Origin: an uncultured bacterium
Lineage (GTDB): Bacteria; Patescibacteriota; Doudnabacteria; UBA920
DNA length: 64,000 nt
Reading direction: 5' to 3'
Assembly (NCBI GenBank): GCA_963749445.1
Contig: CAVVMJ010000004.1
Location: 93,015-157,014 of the forward strand
Shown here: piece by piece, positions 45,930 through 56,507 of the stretch
Layout: each line of letters opens with the position of its first letter
How positions within the stretch are numbered: the first letter of the stretch is position 1
Notes under the pieces: model-generated
Databases searched by the model: none
The model's input: the letters and a program-made list of their open reading frames with translations, nothing else
What the model was told of the DNA's origin: nothing
Made by a program: the position numbers and the translations under genes

Positions 45930-47378
45930 TTAAGCCAAATCTTTCAAATCATCCATGACTATTTTTGTCAGGCTGGCTCTTTCGGAATGGATAGCTTTGT
46001 CCAGTTGGTCGACCGGAACCCATCGAAAACCCATAAACTCGTGATGATCAACATAAACTTTGTCATCCGCGCCTAAAAATTTAAAATAGGCAATATTTTG
46101 AACCTGCCCGATGTTTTTATGCCTGCGGTTGTGCCAAAATTTACGCGCGGCGTTATTCCAAATGTAAGTGTTGGTATGCGGGGAGATTTTGATAAATTCT
46201 AAATTTTTTATTCCGGTTTCTTCCAGGGCTTCTCTTTTTGCCGCTTGTATTAGATTTTCTGTGCCGTCTATTCCTCCTTGCGGCAACTGCCAGTAATTTG
46301 CTCTCTTTAAATTTTCTTTTGTCGTCATAACATCGACGTGGAAATTTTTGGGGTCGCGCTGGCAAACCAGGACTTCATTTTTTTTATTAAGAATGGCTAT
46401 CGCGATGTTCGGCCTTAAGGGCAGGTTCGCAAAAACTTTATAGTGCCACAGGGCGGATGCCAGGCCGAAAGTCGCGTTAATAATTCTGGGCAGGCGCTTG
46501 GGCTGGGTGAACAGGCGCCAGAGCCATTCCAGGCCCGTTCGGCGCAAAAAACGCGGCGGCTGGGGCTGTTTGCCGGCGATGTAGTCAAATGTTCCGCCCA
46601 GGCCGACAACCAGTTTTATGGGCAAATCCGGCAAGTTTTTGGCAATCCACTTTTCCTGCCTGATTGGACCGAAGGCCACAAACAAGAGGTCAGGCGCCGC
46701 CTTTTTTATGTCCTCGATAATGGTCGGGTTATCAGGGTTTTTGTTTGACCACCCGGCCACCTTGAGTTTACTAGCTGATTTGCTTATTAGCTTATCAGCT
46801 GCTAATTTTGGTGTGTCGCCGAATCCGCCTAAAAGGTAAACTGATAAATTATTATCAACAGCCAGTTTTGCCAAATCCCAAACCAAATCTGCGCCGGGGA
46901 TTTTTTCTTTCATACCACCTCCCCCGCCTGCGGCGGGTACTCCTCCTATGATAGGAGGAGAGCTCCGCGTGTCATCCGAGGATAGCTGCGGAGCGTCCCC
47001 TCCTAAAGTAGGAGGGGTGGCCGCGTTAGCGGACGGGGTGGTATTGTAAATAAATTTTGGATAAAAAACTATCGCCGCCAAACTGTATTTAATTTGCCAC
47101 GCTGCCTGCAGAATTTTTCCCCAGTAGGATTTGGCGGTAAGAGGAATTGATAAATATCGGGCGGCCCAAAACAAACCAATGCCGTCGGGCACGGCAATGT
47201 CAGCGGAATTTAAAATTTGCATCACTTCCGGGTCCAGCAACGCGGCGCGTAAAAACTCGGAGTACGGCGTGATTAGCCAGGTTTTTTGCCCGTTTTTTAT
47301 CTGCTGGCGTAAGCGTTCAAGCAATTCGGCTTTCGTCAGCGCGTCAATTTTCAATCCCGCGATGTCGATTTTGTCCAT
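45930..47378 (-). CDS. WecB/TagA/CpsF-family glycosyltransferase fused to C-terminal NUDIX hydrolase, with in-frame repeat insertion (start MDKIDIAGL; ORF track extends to 47750)
   Basis: TagA-like LITPYSEFLRAALLDPEVMQILNSADIAVPDGIGLFWAAR; Nudix box GGIDGTENLIQAAKREALEETGI; residues ATPPTLGGDAPQLSSDDTRSSPPIIGGVPAAGGGGG encoded by repeat 46915..47042. Confidence 0.6.
   Translation of the reverse strand: MDKIDIAGLKIDALTKAELLERLRQQIKNGQKTWLITPYSEFLRAALLDPEVMQILNSADIAVPDGIGLFWAARYLSIPLTAKSYWGKILQAAWQIKYSLAAIVFYPKFIYNTTPSANAATPPTLGGDAPQLSSDDTRSSPPIIGGVPAAGGGGGMKEKIPGADLVWDLAKLAVDNNLSVYLLGGFGDTPKLAADKLISKSASKLKVAGWSNKNPDNPTIIEDIKKAAPDLLFVAFGPIRQEKWIAKNLPDLPIKLVVGLGGTFDYIAGKQPQPPRFLRRTGLEWLWRLFTQPKRLPRIINATFGLASALWHYKVFANLPLRPNIAIAILNKKNEVLVCQRDPKNFHVDVMTTKENLKRANYWQLPQGGIDGTENLIQAAKREALEETGIKNLEFIKISPHTNTYIWNNAARKFWHNRRHKNIGQVQNIAYFKFLGADDKVYVDHHEFMGFRWVPVDQLDKAIHSERASLTKIVMDDLKDLA
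46915..47042 (-). repeat. RPE-like modular palindromic element, in-frame copy inside tagA-NUDIX gene
   Basis: reverse complement reads ccaccccgtccgctaacgcggccacccctcctactttaggaggggacgctccgc...cgcggagctctcctcctatcataggaggagtac...gcgggggaggtgg; same translation frame as copies in rseP/prfB. Confidence 0.8.
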
Positions 47379-47431
47379 AATTGAATTATATCCTATTTTA
47401 GCCTGATTTGATAGCATTTTTTTGATCTTTC

Positions 47432-47725
47432 GTGTATAATCCCAATATGGAATCCATAGGAAAAATCGCCAAATTTCCATCAGCAAAACCAAAAAAAGAC
47501 GTCCATCTCCACTCACCGGCCCACCTTTTGGCCGATGAATTATGCCACAAGCTGAATGACAAAAAACATTTTGGTTTTTATTTAAAGATGGCGACTTTGT
47601 ACGATCACAATTGGCTGCGCGGTTTGGCCGGGCAGGTGCTGGAAGGCAAAAATGTGGCCACGCCCGGAAGGTTGTTTGCGTATTTGATAAAGAAGCATAA
47701 CCAAGAGTCAAGAAGCAAGAATTAA
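47432..47725 (+). CDS. hypothetical small protein
   Basis: ORF only. Confidence 0.25.
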   Translation: MYNPNMESIGKIAKFPSAKPKKDVHLHSPAHLLADELCHKLNDKKHFGFYLKMATLYDHNWLRGLAGQVLEGKNVATPGRLFAYLIKKHNQESRSKN

Positions 47726-47730
47726 GAGTC

Positions 47731-48207
47731 ATGATATTACCTATTCTCACTTATCCCAATGAAGTTTTAAGGAAGCCGACCGAGCCGGTGAGCTTTCCTT
47801 TGTCTAAAGATATTATCAAGCTGACCCAGGACATGATAGACACGGTGCGCAAGGCTGAAGGCATCGGCTTGGCCGCGCCGCAGGTCGGCCGGAGCGTCAA
47901 AGTGATTATCATTAACCTGGAAAAAAACGGCGTGCCGATTTTTCCGCTTTACAACGCGCGCGTAATGTCAAAGGGTTTTAAAAAGGTGGAAGTTGAGGAA
48001 GGCTGTCTGTCCATTCCCGGAGTTTACGGTATGGTCAAGCGGCCAAAAAAAGTCAAAATCCAGGCGCAAAATATGGAAGGCAAAAAAATTACTTTTACCG
48101 ACGACGGCTGGATTTCCCGAGTCTGCCAGCATGAAATTGACCACATCGACGGCATACTCATCATCAATTTGATAAAAAAATACACCCAGGGCGAGGAAAA
48201 AGTTTAG
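47731..48207 (+). CDS. def: peptide deformylase
   Basis: GIGLAAPQVG, EGCLSIPG, QHEIDHIDG. Confidence 0.9.
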   Translation: MILPILTYPNEVLRKPTEPVSFPLSKDIIKLTQDMIDTVRKAEGIGLAAPQVGRSVKVIIINLEKNGVPIFPLYNARVMSKGFKKVEVEEGCLSIPGVYGMVKRPKKVKIQAQNMEGKKITFTDDGWISRVCQHEIDHIDGILIINLIKKYTQGEEKV

Positions 48208-48328
48208 GAGTGGAAGAAACAGAAGCTCTTGTAACAATTGTGTTTCAATTTTATTTCTATCTTATTTCAACTTTATATCCGAAATACAATAGAAATAAAT
48301 GGAAATACAATAGAAATAAATTGTTCAG

Positions 48329-48865
48329 ATGAAATTCATAAAGGATTTATTAATTTTTGAAATCCAGACCACGGGACAGGATGTGGACAAAGACAACGTT
48401 ATCCAACTGGCGGCGATTTTGCTGGACAAAGACAATTTATTGGAAAAGAACAATTATAATTCCTACATCCGTGTCAGTTTTTTGGACAGCGTGATTAACG
48501 AGCACAGCAAACTCCTGCATTGCGATTATGAAAGTTTAAAGCGCAGCCCGAAAGTTTATGACGCAATAAAGCAATTTCATAATAAATTCGGCACCAATCT
48601 TTTACTCGCTGCCAATAACTTAAACAAACTTTTATTTTTAAAAGCCGGTTTTAAAAAAGCCGCGGTGCCGTTTGATTACGACCCGCATATTCTGGAATTA
48701 TGGACGCTCGGTTACGTCTATACCCTAAATTACGGATTAAAAAAGATGCCGACTTTTACCACGTTTATGGATTATTTTAAGCTCAAGCAAAAGCGGCCTT
48801 GGGACGCCATGGAACAAGTCAGGCTGGAAGCGGAGGTGTTTAGGAAGATAATTAAGGAAGTTTAA
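48329..48865 (+). CDS. DEDDh 3'-5' exonuclease-like paralog with degenerate catalytic residues
   Basis: aligns with downstream paralog but DxE -> FEIQ and H...D -> WDAMEQ. Confidence 0.5.
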   Translation: MKFIKDLLIFEIQTTGQDVDKDNVIQLAAILLDKDNLLEKNNYNSYIRVSFLDSVINEHSKLLHCDYESLKRSPKVYDAIKQFHNKFGTNLLLAANNLNKLLFLKAGFKKAAVPFDYDPHILELWTLGYVYTLNYGLKKMPTFTTFMDYFKLKQKRPWDAMEQVRLEAEVFRKIIKEV

Positions 48866-48935
48866 AAAGTTCTCAGTTCTCAGTTCTCAGTTATCAGTTA
48901 TCAGTACTCAGTTATCAGTACTCAGTGCTCTGCTG
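48866..48935. repeat. tandem heptamer-like repeats (CTCAGTT/ATCAGTT/ACTCAGT)
   Basis: ctcagttctcagttctcagttatcagttatcagtactcagttatcagtactcagtgctc. Confidence 0.7.
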
Positions 48936-48969
48936 TGTACTGTGAACTGATAATTAAGCAATACAACCC

Positions 48970-49536
48970 ATGGATTTTCACAAAGACATCCTGCTCATAG
49001 ACACCGAATTTTCCGGGTTTGACGTGCCTAAAAAACACGATTTGCTGCAAATCGCGGCCGTGCTTTTGGATAAAAAAACCTTAAAAGAAAAAAAGTCTTT
49101 TAATATTTATATCAAACCGGCCAAATGGAAAACCCGCGACCAGGAATCAATGGCCGTAAATAAAATTACTTTTGATATGGTTAAAGGCGCGCCGCCGCTG
49201 AAAAAGGCCATTAGGAAATTTAACCGCGCGTTTCCGCACAACGTCACCCAGGCTTTTTATGTCGGGTACAACGACAAAAGGATTTTATTGGACGCTTATA
49301 AAAGAGCGGGGCTAAAGTGGCCGTTTGATTACCATTATTTTGATTTGTGGGGATTGTTTTATGCCGTGCTGGCCAAAAATAATCGGTTAACATCCAAAAA
49401 AGATTTTGCCGGGTTTGGTTTGGAAAGTTTGATAAAAATGATGAATATTAAGATAGATAAAAACCAGATGCACGACGCGTTGGTTGACTGCAGGTTGGAG
49501 GCGGAAATATTGAGGAGAGTAATAGCCGCTGAATAA
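48970..49536 (+). CDS. DEDDh 3'-5' exonuclease (DnaQ/RNase T-like)
   Basis: Exo I LLIDTEFSG, Exo II YVGYNDKRILL.. , Exo III HDALVDCRLEAEIL. Confidence 0.7.
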   Translation: MDFHKDILLIDTEFSGFDVPKKHDLLQIAAVLLDKKTLKEKKSFNIYIKPAKWKTRDQESMAVNKITFDMVKGAPPLKKAIRKFNRAFPHNVTQAFYVGYNDKRILLDAYKRAGLKWPFDYHYFDLWGLFYAVLAKNNRLTSKKDFAGFGLESLIKMMNIKIDKNQMHDALVDCRLEAEILRRVIAAE

Positions 49537-49667
49537 ACGCTGACCCATTCGACGATGCTCAGGGTCACCCCGAGTATCGTCGAGGGAAGACGGGTACGCT
49601 GAATGGACGCTGAAAAGCGCGATTCAGCGACAAATCAGCGTAGTAATCAGCGACAAATCAGCGGGAT

Positions 49668-50590
49668 ATGAAAATTATATTTTTCGGCACGGCGAACGTG
49701 GCGCTGCCGATTTTGGAAAATTGAATAAGCAACATCAAGTTTTGGCCGTGGTCACCAATCCCGATGCCGCGGTCGGCCGGTCGCAAAGTCTAGAGGAAAC
49801 GCCAGTTTCGGCTTTGACTAGGGATTTAAAATTGCCCACATTTAAGCCGGAAACGGTTAAAGACAACCAGGAATTCATCGGCCAGCTAAAAAATCTCGGA
49901 GCGGATGTGTTTGTGGTCGTGGCTTTCGGCACCATTATGCCGGCGGAAGTCATAAATATGCCACCGTTAAAAACCATAAACGTGCATTTTTCGGCGCTGC
50001 CCAAATACCGCGGGCCGTCCCCCATCCAGTCCGCTTTGCTCAACGGCGACAAGCAAACCGGCACCACAATTTTTATTTTGGATGAACAAATTGACCACGG
50101 GCCGCTGCTGGCCCAAAAAATCGCGGACATTGAACCCGATGACAATTATTTTACGTTATCGGACCGGCTCGCCCACGTGTCCGCGGATTTATTGATGGAA
50201 ACATTGTCCGATTATCAGCCGGGCAAAATAACTCCCCTGCCCCAGGATGAATCGCAGTCATCGTATACTAAAATTATTACCAAGCAGGCCGGAAAAATTG
50301 ACTGGACCCAATCAGCCACTCAAATTTACAACCAGCTGCGGGCTTTTTACATTTGGCCAGGGATTTGGACAACGTGGAAGGGCAAGAAAATTAAAATTCT
50401 TGATATTCATCCGACGGGAAGTTCGTCGGATGCCGGAAATCCCGGCACAGTACTGCCAGGAGGCAGGGTTTTGTGCGGCGGCAACACCATCCTTCAAATC
50501 AAAACGCTCCAACCGGAGGGCCGGAGCGAGATGGATATTGACAGTTTTTTGAATGGGTACCGGGATTTTGTTGGGAGCAAACTGGAATAG
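49668..50590 (+). CDS. fmt: methionyl-tRNA formyltransferase, apparent -1 frameshift at ggaaaattg (~49716-49722)
   Basis: frame A MKIIFFGTANVALPILE then frame B (L)NKQHQVLAVVTNPDAAVGRS...HFSALPKYRGPSPIQSALLNGD; joined matches Fmt N-terminus. Confidence 0.85.
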
Positions 50591-50647
50591 CCTAATTGAA
50601 AGATTTAAAGATTGAAAATTGAAAGACTGCGGAAATTAAGGATTTTT

Positions 50648-50815
50648 TAAAATTTTATTGGTGTCATCCCGGAATTTTTCGCGTACCGGATTATTATCGG
50701 CCGCGAAAAATATCCGGGACTCAGTATACGGTATCTGGATTCCAGATATTTTTGATATTTTTGGTTGCCGATGATTTTCCAATTTTAACCAAAAATTCCG
50801 GAATGACACAAGGGC
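50648..50815. repeat. CCGGAATTTTT hairpin-repeat family, composite copy
   Basis: gtgtcatcccggaatttttcgcg...cgcgaaaaatatccgggactcag...ccaaaaattccggaatgacacaag. Confidence 0.7.
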
Positions 50816-50824
50816 GGATTTTTT

Positions 50825-51616
50825 TTATTTAAGGTATTTCTGTTTGTTTATCAAGTGCTCGTCGTAAGTCCCGGCAAACACAGCCTGGCCGGTTTTGGGG
50901 TCGGTCAAAAAGTAAAAGTAATTGCTGGCGGTCGGATACAGGGCAGCCATAATGGAAGACAGTGAAGGGTCGCAAATCGGCCCGGGCGGCAGGCCAAGAT
51001 TGTTGTAGGTGTTGTAATCCGGCAGGCTTTGTTGTTGGCTAAAGGCTACGGTAGCGTCGCTCTGTAGAGGCATTTTGGCGTTGAGTCGGTTATAAAAAAC
51101 CCCCGAGATCATCGCGCGGTCTTCGGTTTTGCCTGACTCTTTTTCTATGATTGAGGCCAGCGTAACAATTTGGTAGGCCGTCATTTTTTGCTTGGCCGCC
51201 TGCTGTTGCATATCAGCCGTAAACTTTACGCTAAAGTTATCCACCATTTTTTTAATGATTTCACTGGCCTGAAGGCTTTCATCGGTCTGGTAAACTGCCA
51301 CGCGGTAAGTGTCCGGAAACAAGAAGCCTTCCAAACCGGCGGTTTTTGGCTTGGACGACAGGATTGGGTAAGCGGAGACATCAAACTTTCCAGCAGCGTT
51401 TAAAAAATCGCTTCTTTTTAACAGGCCCTTTTGTTCCAGGTAATCGGCGATTTGCGCGTTAGTCCAGCCCTCGATAATCGTTATTTGCGTTTCCGGCGCT
51501 TTGGCTTCTTGCCGCTGTTGCCTGAGGTTTTGCCTGTATCGGAAAAGGCCGTAGCCAATGAGGCTACCGCCAACAATCAGAAATATAAAAACGGTAATGG
51601 CGATTTTTTTAATCAT
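50825..51616 (-). CDS. mltG: endolytic murein transglycosylase MltG/YceG
   Basis: N-terminal TM; YceG-like core (..GLEGFLFPDTY.., ..LASIIEKES..). Confidence 0.85.
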   Translation of the reverse strand: MIKKIAITVFIFLIVGGSLIGYGLFRYRQNLRQQRQEAKAPETQITIIEGWTNAQIADYLEQKGLLKRSDFLNAAGKFDVSAYPILSSKPKTAGLEGFLFPDTYRVAVYQTDESLQASEIIKKMVDNFSVKFTADMQQQAAKQKMTAYQIVTLASIIEKESGKTEDRAMISGVFYNRLNAKMPLQSDATVAFSQQQSLPDYNTYNNLGLPPGPICDPSLSSIMAALYPTASNYFYFLTDPKTGQAVFAGTYDEHLINKQKYLK

Positions 51617-52053
51617 TCCCCGATAATCTTAAGTCGCACTTCGCGCGTTCGGCCGCCGTCGGTTTCCACAAAGAAGATGCTTTGCCTGCCGCCGAGCACC
51701 AGCTGGGCTTTTTCCACAATCAGGCTTTCCGACGAGCCGAGCAAAAAAGCCTTAACATGCGCGTGGCCGTTGGAGCGCTCGTTGGGCGCCACGTTTTGGC
51801 GCACTTCAAACAGGTCGTGGCTGTAGCTGATATCCAGCGGCACCAGGCGGTACAGGGTTTTCATGATGTCCTGCATCAGCAGAGGCTCGTTGTGGTTAAG
51901 GCGCACCGCGGCTGTGGTGTGCGGGCAAAAGATTACCGCGATCCCCTCTTTGACGCCCGATTCAATCACCGCGGTTTGGACATAGGAGGTAATATCCACC
52001 AGTTCAAATTGCTTTTTGGTTTCCAGATTGAGTTTTTTAGAGTAGGTTTTCAT
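51613..52053 (-). CDS. yjbQ: YjbQ/UPF0047 family protein
   Basis: ..IFCPHTTAAV..NE...D...H..HV.. conserved pattern. Confidence 0.7.
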   Translation of the reverse strand: MKTYSKKLNLETKKQFELVDITSYVQTAVIESGVKEGIAVIFCPHTTAAVRLNHNEPLLMQDIMKTLYRLVPLDISYSHDLFEVRQNVAPNERSNGHAHVKAFLLGSSESLIVEKAQLVLGGRQSIFFVETDGGRTREVRLKIIGE

Positions 52054-52181
52054 AGGGTTTTGATTTATTTTTAAACGATTTTATTTAGCCAAATTGCGAT
52101 ATTCATCACCATTGATGATCTGAAACAATTTTTTTGCGAGCCAGACATTTCACTTTAAAGCGTTGGGTTAATTATAGCACA

Positions 52182-53835
52182 TTAAGGTTTGGCGGCGGGA
52201 ATATTTTGGTTTTGCGCCAAATCCAGCAAAGTGGTTTTGGTGAGGTTGGTATGGATGGGGACGGTAAAGATGAATTTTGAGCCTCTTCCCTCCCCCGTGC
52301 TTTCAGCCCAGATTTTGCCTTTGTGCTGCCCAATTACTATTTTGGCCACGTAAAGGCCGAGTCCCAGTCCGGCGCTTTGGTTAATTGACCCCTTGCCGCG
52401 GGTGTATTTTTCAAAAATCAGCCCCTGTTCTTCGCGCGCAATGCCCTTGCCGGTGTCGGCAACTTCAAAACGCAAATCATTGCCGTCTTGCCGCAGCTGA
52501 ATGCGGATAGTGCCTTTTTTGGTGTATTTAATCGCGTTATCAATTAAATTATTCATAACCTGCCGCAGTTTTTCCTTGTCCGCCATAATTTTGGGTAAAT
52601 GGTTTACGGGCGGCTGGTAAACAAGTTCCAGATGTTTTTCCTGGGCAATCGGCTGGAGCTGTTCCAAAGTAATATTTGCCAGTTCGGCCACGTCGGTTTC
52701 CTCAAACAAAAATTCCATTTTGCCGCGCTCAATGCGCGAAACGTTAAGCATATCGTCAATTAAGGAAATCAGCGAATTGTTGGTGCGGAAAGTTTTTTCT
52801 ATAATCTCCTTGGTTTTCCGCCTCCAGCTTGCCGTAATCTCCGGCCAAAATCGCGGCCAAATACCACTTAACCGTGGCCGGCGGGGTGCGCAGCTGATGC
52901 GAGGCGATGGAAATAAACTCCGCCCGCGCCTGGTCCAGGATTTTAAGCTGCTCGTTGGCGGCTTCCAATTGTTTGGTCAAAATTTGCAATTGCTCTCTTT
53001 GTCTTACCTCAATAAGTACGCTTTTGATCAAGAATATGCTGAATATTAAAATGAGAAGGCCGATAATGCTTTGCAGTATCAAATTTGTGAGGTCTTTTGC
53101 CAAAAGTATTTGCCACAAGCTGGTGAATAATAGGAAGAAAGAAGCGATTTCCGTAGCAATAACTTTTATATTTAACAATTTATGCCTCAGAATCGCATAT
53201 GAAGTCGCGATAATGGTGGGCATAACGTAGAATGGCGAATAGATGGTGAGGGATGAGTTATTAAATAGTACTATAGCCAGATAGAGGAAGGATAAGATAA
53301 AGGTGTACGTTAGAGTCAGGCCGATTGAAATCGATCTCCACTGTTTTTTTTCCAGTCCAACGGAAGCTATGTATTTTTTGATCATCAGGTAAAAAGTCAA
53401 CAGGGAAGCGCTAAGAATGGAGAAGCCGTAGTAAGGCATCAGTATTCCCGTTTGCGGCAACGGAATATTATTAACAACGCCCACCGTTTTAAAAATAAAA
53501 GGCGTCAACGGCAGGATTGTTAGTGAACCGCCCCAGACCAAAAGCAGTAAGAGATCTCTTTTTTTGACAATAAATTCCTGTTTTGGAAAATTATAGACAA
53601 AGAGAAAAAATGAAAAAATAGTCGGTATGGCAAAAACCATTACCAAGCGGATCCATTGCAAAGATTCCATTGGATTTATTGTCAGGGCCAAATAATTGCA
53701 AATGAGCCAGCCGCAGTTGGACAGCGAGTGAATCAAAAATAAAACATTGGTTTTACTGCTGGTATCGTGCAAGTAAACCAAAAAACCTAAATAGACAATA
53801 ATGAATGCCGACAGGCAGGTTAAAAAAAGATTCAT
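52182..53835 (-). CDS. sensor histidine kinase (7TM sensor + HisKA + HATPase), apparent frameshift near 52780-52790 splitting ORFs 52756..53835 and 52182..52751
   Basis: H-box SIASHQLRTP; after shift ..NNSLISLIDDMLNVSRIERGKMEF.. X-box; N/G1/G2 boxes (NLIDNAIKYT, DTGKGI, GLGLGL). Confidence 0.75.
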
Positions 53836-53836
53836 T

Positions 53837-54982
53837 CTATTTTTTCCGTTTAATTTGGCGAAGCGGTTGGCGTGTTGTTTTTTTGACTAGCCAAGTTTTT
53901 GTAGCGGCTTGTGTTAGGACAGTTGGCTCCAGACTGTATCGGCCGCTTGGGATTTTTGTTCCCAAAAGTATATGCCTGGTTAAATAGGCCAAAACCGCAC
54001 CGCTTAGGCTGGCTGCAGACCCCAATTGTGGCCAAGCGAATAGCGTTTTGCCGATTTCACGCAATGACTCCTGCACGCGCGGAGGCATATTTTCCTGCCC
54101 GATGATCCTTGTGACCAGTTTGATGACTTCTTGCGGTTTATAATGTGTGAATTCTTCCATGGTAAAATCTCCGAGCAGCCCATTAAAAATTTTTAAGTTT
54201 TGATCTAAGTCATAGCGTTCAATATCCACTATCCCCCATTCCCCAACATCGGTGGCCATAAGAAGTGCGGTTTTAGATTGTCTGGCTTTGAGACGCAGCC
54301 GGATTTTCATCTCCAGGCTGTCTACTTGGTCAATTAGAAGGTCAGATGCCGGAATTTTGTCGGCTTTGTCGCCATCGACAAACTCATCCAGGTTACTGTG
54401 GGTTAGTCCTTCCGGGTAAATAAAAATATTGGTGTACGGATCAATCTCGGCAATTTTTCTGGCAAAATAAAGTGCTTTATTAGTTCCGATGGAGGAAAAA
54501 CCCGCGGGTAAACGGTTAAGGTTAGAGCCAGATATTTCGTCGAAATCGGCCAATTTGATATTTTTTGCTCCGCCAGTCAGCGCAATAGAAAGGGCGGCGT
54601 GGCTGCCGACGCTCAATCCGGCAATGGCCACGGTGCTATTATAAAATTTTTGCTGCTCTGCGCTCAGGATCATATTTTTGTTGCGTGCGGTGCGGATTTC
54701 CTGATGCAAATCCGGTTCCAGATAATGGACAAGAGTTTGCTTCCAGTCAAAGTAAAACCAGACGCCGCACTCTCCCAGTTTTTTACCTTTTTTGTGATTG
54801 TCTATAAATTTCGCTAAGCTTGTCTCATGCCCTTTTTTAAACCGGTATTTGGGGTTTCTGATAAAAAATAATTCTTCCAGCAAATTTTGGTAATAATCAT
54901 GAATAAGACGAACCGGGTATTTCCTTCGGAAGTCCCGTAATTTTTTTTTAGTCGGGTCAAATGTAATTAATTTAAATTTCAT
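53837..54982 (-). CDS. ThiF/MoeB/E1-like adenylyltransferase-family protein with N- and C-terminal extensions (start MKFKLITFD, ATGA-coupled to upstream gene)
   Basis: Rossmann VAIAGLSVGSHAALSIALTGGAKNIKLADFDEISGSNLNRL. Confidence 0.7.
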   Translation of the reverse strand: MKFKLITFDPTKKKLRDFRRKYPVRLIHDYYQNLLEELFFIRNPKYRFKKGHETSLAKFIDNHKKGKKLGECGVWFYFDWKQTLVHYLEPDLHQEIRTARNKNMILSAEQQKFYNSTVAIAGLSVGSHAALSIALTGGAKNIKLADFDEISGSNLNRLPAGFSSIGTNKALYFARKIAEIDPYTNIFIYPEGLTHSNLDEFVDGDKADKIPASDLLIDQVDSLEMKIRLRLKARQSKTALLMATDVGEWGIVDIERYDLDQNLKIFNGLLGDFTMEEFTHYKPQEVIKLVTRIIGQENMPPRVQESLREIGKTLFAWPQLGSAASLSGAVLAYLTRHILLGTKIPSGRYSLEPTVLTQAATKTWLVKKTTRQPLRQIKRKK

Positions 54983-54984
54983 GG

Positions 54985-56496
54985 TCAGATTTTGGCTGGC
55001 GTTGCCTGTTTTTGCAACCATTTTTGTTTGCTCCCGCTTTTAAAATATTTTTCGTGATTGTAGTCCCAAAAAATTAAGCGCGGCCTGGTTCGTTGGATTA
55101 AAAGATGCTTGGTCAGTTCTCTATATTCAGAATTGTTCTCTAAGAGGTTATTTACTATGGCATGCTCTGTGGATTCTTGTAGTTTTAAAGTGCTACCATG
55201 GCTGGGTTTTAATTCTAAATTAATTTCAAATTGTTGGTTTTGTTTGCGGTCGTAGACCACCGCCATGCTGAATTTGCCGGTGAGGTATTTTAAGAGCTTT
55301 TTATTTTCTAAGGCTTGCTTGATGGTTTGGGGGTAAATTTGGAGGCCATAAAAGCTTACCGAGAAATCATTTCGTTCGTATAAGGAAACGAGAGGGAGGC
55401 TTTCCAGTTTAATATGTTTTGCCTCTGCTTCTTTTGCCAGATTTATGCCGAAAGCCGCAAATATTTTTTTAACCCGTTCTAAATCCATCACGTTGCCTGT
55501 ATCCCCTATCTGATAGCGGATCAGCGGCGTGGCGCTGTCTGCGGTCAGAAACAATTCCCCGTTCTCCTCCTCAAAAGCAGCAAACAGCGGGTTAAATTGA
55601 CCTAAAGTGGGAACCTTGGCTCCATGCTTGAAGATTTTTTGAAAAATATTGGGGTATTTAAGTGCCAAACGTTTAATGAGCATGCATGTCGGGGTTTCCC
55701 AAGCGATTACGCCGGCTTCGCTGCATCCGTACATATTTCCAGTATCACGATAAGGATCTCTCATGCCAATTTCGGCGGCGAGGTAGTCGCGGAAGTTTTC
55801 GGTAAATGTTTCCCCGCCAAACAGCAAGCGCAGGTGCATTTTTTTAAGATTAATGTTTTGCTGTTTTGCCTCGTCGATAACGTCTTTAATAAACGGTGGG
55901 TAGCCGACTAAAATTACGGAATCGTATAAAGGGGCGAGTTTTGTGAAGCTTTTAAAAATTTCAATTTTGTTTATGCCCGTAGGGATGATACTAACAATAC
56001 AACCGCGCTCTCCCGCCAGAGTGACAGCATCATATGTAAGAACACCGGCTAGCCATAAGCCTAACCCGTAGGCGTCTATAAACAAGGTTTTGGTGTTGGG
56101 TTTACCCAGCTTTAAAAAATACTCAATCCACGTGGAATACTGCCGGGCTAGATTATTGCTGCGGTAAAAATATACTGGCATTCCGGTGGAACCTGAGGTC
56201 GCGCATAACGACAGTCCTTTAGTTTTAAAAATGTTCGGCCATGTCATCTCGTGAAGGGGAAAGATGCGAAAATAGTTATTTTTATTCATCGCCGGCAATC
56301 CTTTAAAATCTTGGTATGATTTTATTTTTTTTGGATTGATTTTGTGCTGCTTGAGAAATTTTCGGTAGGCTGGCACGTTTTGGGCGGCATGCTGGAAAAG
56401 CTTTAGGCTGATACTTTGTTGCTGTTTTTGCCAGAAATTGCAGCTTTTGATGCCGTAAAACTTAAATAATTGTTTAGTATTCAATTTTGGGTTCAT
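54985..56496 (-). CDS. PaaK/LuxE/F390-synthetase-like adenylate-forming enzyme
   Basis: ATSGSTGMPVYF (P-loop-like AMP-binding motif of PaaK family), ..YGCSEAG.. Confidence 0.6.
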   Translation of the reverse strand: MNPKLNTKQLFKFYGIKSCNFWQKQQQSISLKLFQHAAQNVPAYRKFLKQHKINPKKIKSYQDFKGLPAMNKNNYFRIFPLHEMTWPNIFKTKGLSLCATSGSTGMPVYFYRSNNLARQYSTWIEYFLKLGKPNTKTLFIDAYGLGLWLAGVLTYDAVTLAGERGCIVSIIPTGINKIEIFKSFTKLAPLYDSVILVGYPPFIKDVIDEAKQQNINLKKMHLRLLFGGETFTENFRDYLAAEIGMRDPYRDTGNMYGCSEAGVIAWETPTCMLIKRLALKYPNIFQKIFKHGAKVPTLGQFNPLFAAFEEENGELFLTADSATPLIRYQIGDTGNVMDLERVKKIFAAFGINLAKEAEAKHIKLESLPLVSLYERNDFSVSFYGLQIYPQTIKQALENKKLLKYLTGKFSMAVVYDRKQNQQFEINLELKPSHGSTLKLQESTEHAIVNNLLENNSEYRELTKHLLIQRTRPRLIFWDYNHEKYFKSGSKQKWLQKQATPAKI

Positions 56497-56507
56497 AGAG
56501 GCGACGG

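Noticed and set aside
47379-47750. N-terminal 124 aa of ORF 45930..47750 (minus)
   Set aside because: No domain content, no SD; TagA-like domain begins at MDKIDIAGL (47378); upstream part likely read-through of intergenic DNA.
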